Source of the DNA: the human T2T-CHM13v2.0 reference genome, Homo sapiens
Reading direction: 5' to 3' (one strand)
Assembly: GCF_009914755.1 (NCBI RefSeq)
Contig: NC_060936.1
DNA: 64,000 nucleotides
Both the position numbers and the translations under genes were made by a program. Positions 57,825 to 64,000 of this stretch are shown piece after piece. The notes beneath the pieces were generated by a model. The model saw nothing but the letters and a program-made list of their open reading frames with translations, was not told the DNA's origin and did no database searches. Within the stretch, counting starts at the first letter, position 1. Each line of letters begins with the position of its first letter.

Positions 57825-57922
57825 AAAAGAAAGAAGGGAAGGAAGGAAGGAAGGATGGAGGGAGGGAGGGACAGAGGGAGGGAGGGGGAAGGGAGGGAGG
57901 GAAGAAAGAAGGAAATAAAGAA
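57825..57922. repeat. (GGAA)n/(GGGA)n purine-rich repeat
   Basis: direct reading. Confidence 0.9.
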
Positions 57923-58440
57923 AATTAATTGTTATACATACATTTGGTTTTCCAGTAATGTGTATAACTTTGAAGTGTCAAAAGTAATTCATGGTTCAAA
58001 AACTACATACACCAATTTTATTTGTTAAGAGTATTTTCTTTTAATTGTTAGGGATTAAAAATACCTTTCGTCTTTTTCTTAAGAAAAAAATTTTTTAGGT
58101 TTGTGACATCCAATTTTTATACATTTCATTCACCTTTTTATTTACTATGCTGGCAAAAATTTAACACATTTAACCTCTTCTTAGAACATGCAAGCATTTT
58201 GGAATATTTTAAATTTCTTCATCTAAATGTAAATAATGTTGTCAAGTATTACATATATAGATATAGATATATAGCATATATGTATAATAAATATATAAGC
58301 TCTACAAAATATTATTATTATCCTATCCAGTCACCACTCATTTATATTTGTCTACATATTTCTCCCGTCCATTACTTTTAATTCATTCCTGAACCTTAAA
58401 GCTGCCGTTTTAGGACATTTTCCGTCTTCTTAAGGAATGA

Positions 58441-58813
<373 letters not shown>

Positions 58814-59059
58814 AAATGTTTTTGTTTAATTATCATTTTAGAAGACTATTTTATTGAACATAGAATTCTAGTTGATACATATCCTTTCCTTACTTTGAAA
58901 ATATCATCTCACTTCTAATTTCTAATGAGAAACTTGGGGTCATTCTAGATCTATTTTCCTTCTGCTTAAAAACTTTCTATTGATGTACTTTAGCAGTTTT
59001 ACCTTGTTGGGCCTAGGTGAGTCTTTTTTATTTATTATTCATTCTTCTTTGGGTTGAAA

Positions 59060-60465
59060 AGCCTTTTCTAAAAGACTATTGTTTCCTCCATTGTGTGTAC
59101 TTGGTGCCTTTGTCAAAAATCAGGTGGCTGAATTGTTTTTCAGATAGTTGTTCATTTACAGAAATGCAACTGATTTTTGTATATTGACTGTGTATCCTAT
59201 AACCTTAAAAAACTCATTCGTAAGTTCTAATAGCTTTTTGGCTCAGCTTTAGTGTTTTCTATATAAGATTATTTCATCTGCAAACTGGTCACCTTTGTCT
59301 TGTTCCTGATCTTTGAAAAAGCTTTTCACCACTGAGTGAGATGTTAGCTGTGGGCTTATCATATACGACATTTATAAGTTGAGGTACATACCTCCTATAC
59401 CTAATTTGTTGGCAATTTTTATCATGAAAGAAGGTTGAATTTTGTCAAATCCTTTTTCTGCATCCATTTTAATAAACATATGTTTTTATTCTTCATGCTC
59501 TTAATGTGGTGTGTCTAGCTAAAGTTTTATCCATTTTACTTCTTTTAAAAAATTCGAGACTTAGTTTTGTTAATCTTTTCAATTGTCTTTCTAGTCTCTA
59601 TTTCTTCTCTTTTGGTTCTACTCATTATTATTTCCTTAATTCTGCTAACTTTGGGCTCAATTTTTTCTTCTTTTTAAAGTTCCTTGAGGTGTAAATTTGC
59701 GTTGTTTGAAGTCTTTCTTTTTTCTTAATGTAGGCTTTTATTGCTATAAACTTCCCTCTTAGAATTGCTTTTGCTGCATCTCATAAGTTCTGGTATGTTA
59801 TGCTTTTGCTTTCCTTTATATCAAGATTTTTTTTCCCATTTGATTTTTTTCTTTTATCCATTTGGTGTTCAAGAGTGTGTTGTTTAATTTCCACATATTT
59901 ATGGATGCTCCAATTTTTCTCCTATTATCAATTTCTAGTTTCACACCCTTGTGGTCAGAATAGAAGTTTAACATGATTTCAGTCTTCTTAAACTTAAGAC
60001 TTTTTTTATAGCATAACATATGATCTATCCTTGACAATATTCTGTGTGTGCCTGAGAAGAACCTGTATTCTGCTACTTTTGGATGGAATGTTCTGTATAT
60101 GTCTGCCAGGACATTTTGATCAATATTGCTATTCAAGTCTACTGTTTCTTTATTGATTTTCTGTTTGGATGTTGAAAGTGGGGTGTTGAAGTCTTCCACT
60201 ATTTTTTACATTGGATGTTGAAAGTGGGGTATTGAAGTCCTCCACTATTTTTACATTGCTACCTGTTTTTCCCTTTAAGCCTGTTAATATTTTCTTTACA
60301 TATTTAGGTGCTACAATGTTGGGTGCATATATACCTATTTACATATTCAGATGCTACAATGTTGGGTGCATATATATATATATATTTACATATTCAGATG
60401 TACAAAATAAATATATAGTTACATATTCAGATGCTACAATGTTGGGTGCATATATATATATATAT

Positions 60466-60496
<31 letters not shown>

Positions 60497-63270
60497 CATA
60501 TATTTATATATGTATATATATATATTTACATATATTTATATATGTATATATATGCACCCAACATTGTAGCATCTGAATATGTAAATATATATATGAATGT
60601 TTATCCTCTTCCTGAATCACCACTTTATCATTATATAATGACATTTTTGTTTTTTGTGACAGATTTTGACTGAATTCCTATTTTTTCTAGTATAAGTATA
60701 GCCACCTTGCTCTTTTTTAGTTACCTCTTGCAGGAAGTGTTTTTTCTGTCTTTTAACTTTCAGCCTATAAATGTCCTGAAAGCTAAATTGAATATCTTGT
60801 AGGAGGCACATTGTTCAACTTTTTAAAAATATGTTCAGCTATCCTGTGCCTTTTGATCAGATACTTTAATCTATTTACATTTAAAGTCATTATTTAAAAC
60901 ACTTACTGCTGACATTTTGTTTTCTGACCATTTTGCGGTTTCTTTGTTCCGATATTTCTCTTGTGTGATCTTATTTGGTGACTTCTTTATGGTTTTAGTG
61001 GTACACTTTGATTCATTTCTCTGTTTTGAGTATCTACCAGAGGTTTTTTCTTTCTGATTACCAGGAGGACTATATAAAATATTTACTGTAATAGCAGTCT
61101 ATTTTAGCTGATAACAACTTAAGTTCAATCACATACAAAACTTCATACTTTTGTTTCTCTTCTCACACACATTTTACGCTATTGGTGTCACACTTTATAC
61201 CTTTTTATATTGTGTATCTATTAATAAATTAATGTAGCTATAGTTATTTTTAATCCTTTTGTATTTTTACTCTTACACTGGAGTTAAAGGTGATTTCTGC
61301 ATCACCATTACACTATTACAGTATTCTGAACTTGAATATATATTTAGCTTTATTTATAAGCTTTATACCTGTACATGTTGTTAAACAACAGGTTTTCATG
61401 TTGTTACTTAATATTCTTTTGTTTTAACTTGTATAGTACCCTCTAGCATTTTTTATAAGGCATGTCTAGTCGTGATGAACTCCCTTGGCTTTTGTTTGTC
61501 TGGGAATGTCTTTATGTATCCATTTCTGAAGGATTGTTTTGCCAGGTGTATTACTGGCTGTAAGGGTTTTTTTTCTTTCAATGCTTTGAGTATATTATCC
61601 TACTTCTTCTTGGTCTGCAAGGTTTATGCTGAAAAACATCTACTCATAACTTTTTCAGGTACCTTTTTATGTGATAAGCCATTTTTCTCTTCCTGCTTTC
61701 GAAATTATTTTGGTATTTGACTCCTGACAATTTTATTACAATACACAGCAAAGTACTCTCTTTTGGACTGATCTTCATTAGGTATGTTTCAGATTCATAA
61801 ATCCAGATGTCCATATTCCTTTTAAAATGTAGAAAGTTTTCAGTTGTTGTTTCTTTAAATAAGTTTTCTGGCATTTTCTCTCTCTCCTCCTTCTAGGACT
61901 TAATGTATATGTTTGTTTGTTATAGGCTTTTCATGTTTCCTGTATGCTTTCTTCACTCTTTTTCATTTATTTTTTTTTCCCTAACTGGTTAACTTCAGGT
62001 GACCTCTCTTTTAGTTAACCGAATCTTCCTTCTGCATGATTGAGTGTGCTGTTGAAGTTCTTAACTGAATGTTTTCAGTTCTATTATTGTATTTTTTATC
62101 TCTAGGATTCTAGCTTTTATGGTTTCTATTTCTTTATTAAACTTCTTATTTTGTTCCTTCATTTTTTTCTAATAATGTTTAGTTTTCTGTGTTCTCTTGC
62201 ATCTCATTGAGCATCTTTAAGATGATTATTTTGAATTCTTTGGCACGTAATTCATAGATCTCCATTTCTTTGGGGGATGGTTACTAGGGCTGTATTGGTT
62301 TCTTTTGGTGATGTTATGTTGCCTGATTCTTCATGATCTGCATAGCTTTGCATAGATGTCTGTGTATTTGAAGGAAAAAACAAACAGCTCTTCAGTCTTT
62401 ACACACTGGTTTTGGCAGGTAAAGATCTTCTATTGTTAGGTCCCTCAGATTTATGAGACTGCCTCCAGGATCACAGTTGAGTGGTGTTGGAGCCAGGTCA
62501 TATGGCTGCTGCTGGATCCACAGGGGAATCCATGATTACCAGGCCTGTTATTAGTAGTTCAGGTAGACATACATGAATCCTGTCTGATACCTGGGTGGAT
62601 AAAATTTCCTCCAGGACCTTAGTCAGTAGGGCTGATGTTGGGACAAGAGTCTATTTCATGGTCTGCCATTGGATCTCTAGACAGTGGGACTGTTACCAGA
62701 TGTCTCTTGCTGGGTCCCTGGGTGAACAGGACTGCTCCCAGATAGCAGCTGGGAGGGATCAGAGGCAAGACACAAAGCTGCTTCATAATCCATGGTCAAA
62801 CCAGTGCCAGCAGTTCTACCTCTGAGGTCACAGATAGTCATGTCTCCCAAATAATTCCACAGGCAAGACTGCTCCTGGACCATGCTTGAAGGGGCTAGAG
62901 TTGGATCATGCACTACTTCAGGGTCCATAACCTGAACTGAAGTCCCAGGTGCTTTTGGCTTTTCCTGTGTTTCTTGGCAGATGGTTCTGGTGTTAGAACT
63001 AAGGCCAAATGAAGTTGTAGCTGAATCCAAAGAGGTACATAGCTGATTTTAGGTTTATAGCCAGAACCATGGTCAGTAAGCCTGCCAGATGGGAGCATAC
63101 GTGTCTTTTCAAAATGGCACTACTCAGTCTTGGGCTCCATCTGGGTTTCACAACCTCCTACCTGGATGCCAAAGCTCCCACAAAGGCAATTTTGTCCATG
63201 GATAAATATTGTTGCTGTTGTGGGATATGAGTGAGGCACCTCCTATTTCACTGTTTTCCTGGTATCACTC
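59060..63270 (-). mobile_element. old L1M, internally deleted: 5'UTR, ORF1 and ORF2 endonuclease remnants
   Basis: ORF 59816-60199 DFNTPLS...DIYRTFHP...SRIDHML matches the L1 endonuclease; 61644-61874 is ORF1-like. Confidence 0.85.
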
Positions 63271-64000
63271 TTTCATTTTGTTATTATTTATAGTTTCACT
63301 TTTTCTGTAAAATTTTTCAATTTTTTTCTTTTAATTCCTTAAACAGGCACACCATGGTTATTTTAAAGTCTGTGTCTGTTTACTTCATTTTCTCTTTTTC
63401 TTACTGGTTATTTCTATATTCTCTTCTCTTGGTTTTTAATCATGTTGACTGCCTCCACGAATTACTTCATTTTTTATTGAAATTATAAATGAAATGTTAT
63501 GAAAATGTGATGACATTAATTCCCTCTAGAAAGGATGCACCTTCCACAAGCATTTCTTTTACTGCTGTATAATCTTTTATTAAGGGTTGCTCAAAAAAAA
63601 ATAGGAATTGGCTATTCTAACTTAGCAATTATCCAGGACAAGTAAGTGCTTGACTAATTTAGTTAATCTTGCAAATTAAAATTTGACCTTTAACGATACT
63701 CTTTATTGATCTATTTAATAACTATATATTGTTAAATATTTTTAAATCTATGCAGCTAGGAGAGCTAGTAATGATAGATCACTTGGATCCTTTTACAGAG
63801 ATAAGGGTGACTTGATCTGGGCTAACGTTTTTTGAAGGGTTTTTCTACTTATTTTTCAATCTTATTTCTATGGTGTAACCTTTCAAATTCCAATCCAAAG
63901 GTGGGAAATTGACTAGTGCTATCCCTTCTTGATAAATTCTGGATACCAATATTTTCCCATAGTCCTACAAGTCTATCTAGGTTTTGCTCTGTTATTTCCT

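Overview
Human (primate) genomic DNA, AT-rich and repeat-dense, containing the 5' end of KCNC2 (Kv3.2 voltage-gated K+ channel) on the minus strand. It includes a CpG-rich promoter and non-coding exon 1 (donor at 39848), and exon 2 (38643-37938), which encodes the 229-aa N-terminus with the T1 domain. Positions 1-37937 are the start of the long intron 2; 40.6-64 kb is upstream intergenic DNA. The rest is mostly Alu (including a young AluYb8), L1 (including an L1PA2 with target-site duplication, TSD), MaLR LTRs, MER/Tigger DNA elements, MIR/L2 and microsatellites. Almost all short ORFs in the track are non-coding noise. The most notable observation is a chain of stop/start-coupled uORFs in the KCNC2 leader, ending in an out-of-frame uORF that overlaps the main ATG. 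Also notable: an RE1/REST site with an inverted half, an intronic RFX/E-box/MEF2 motif cluster, and several palindromic tandem-repeat structures. Repeat subfamily names are recognised by eye and their boundaries are approximate.
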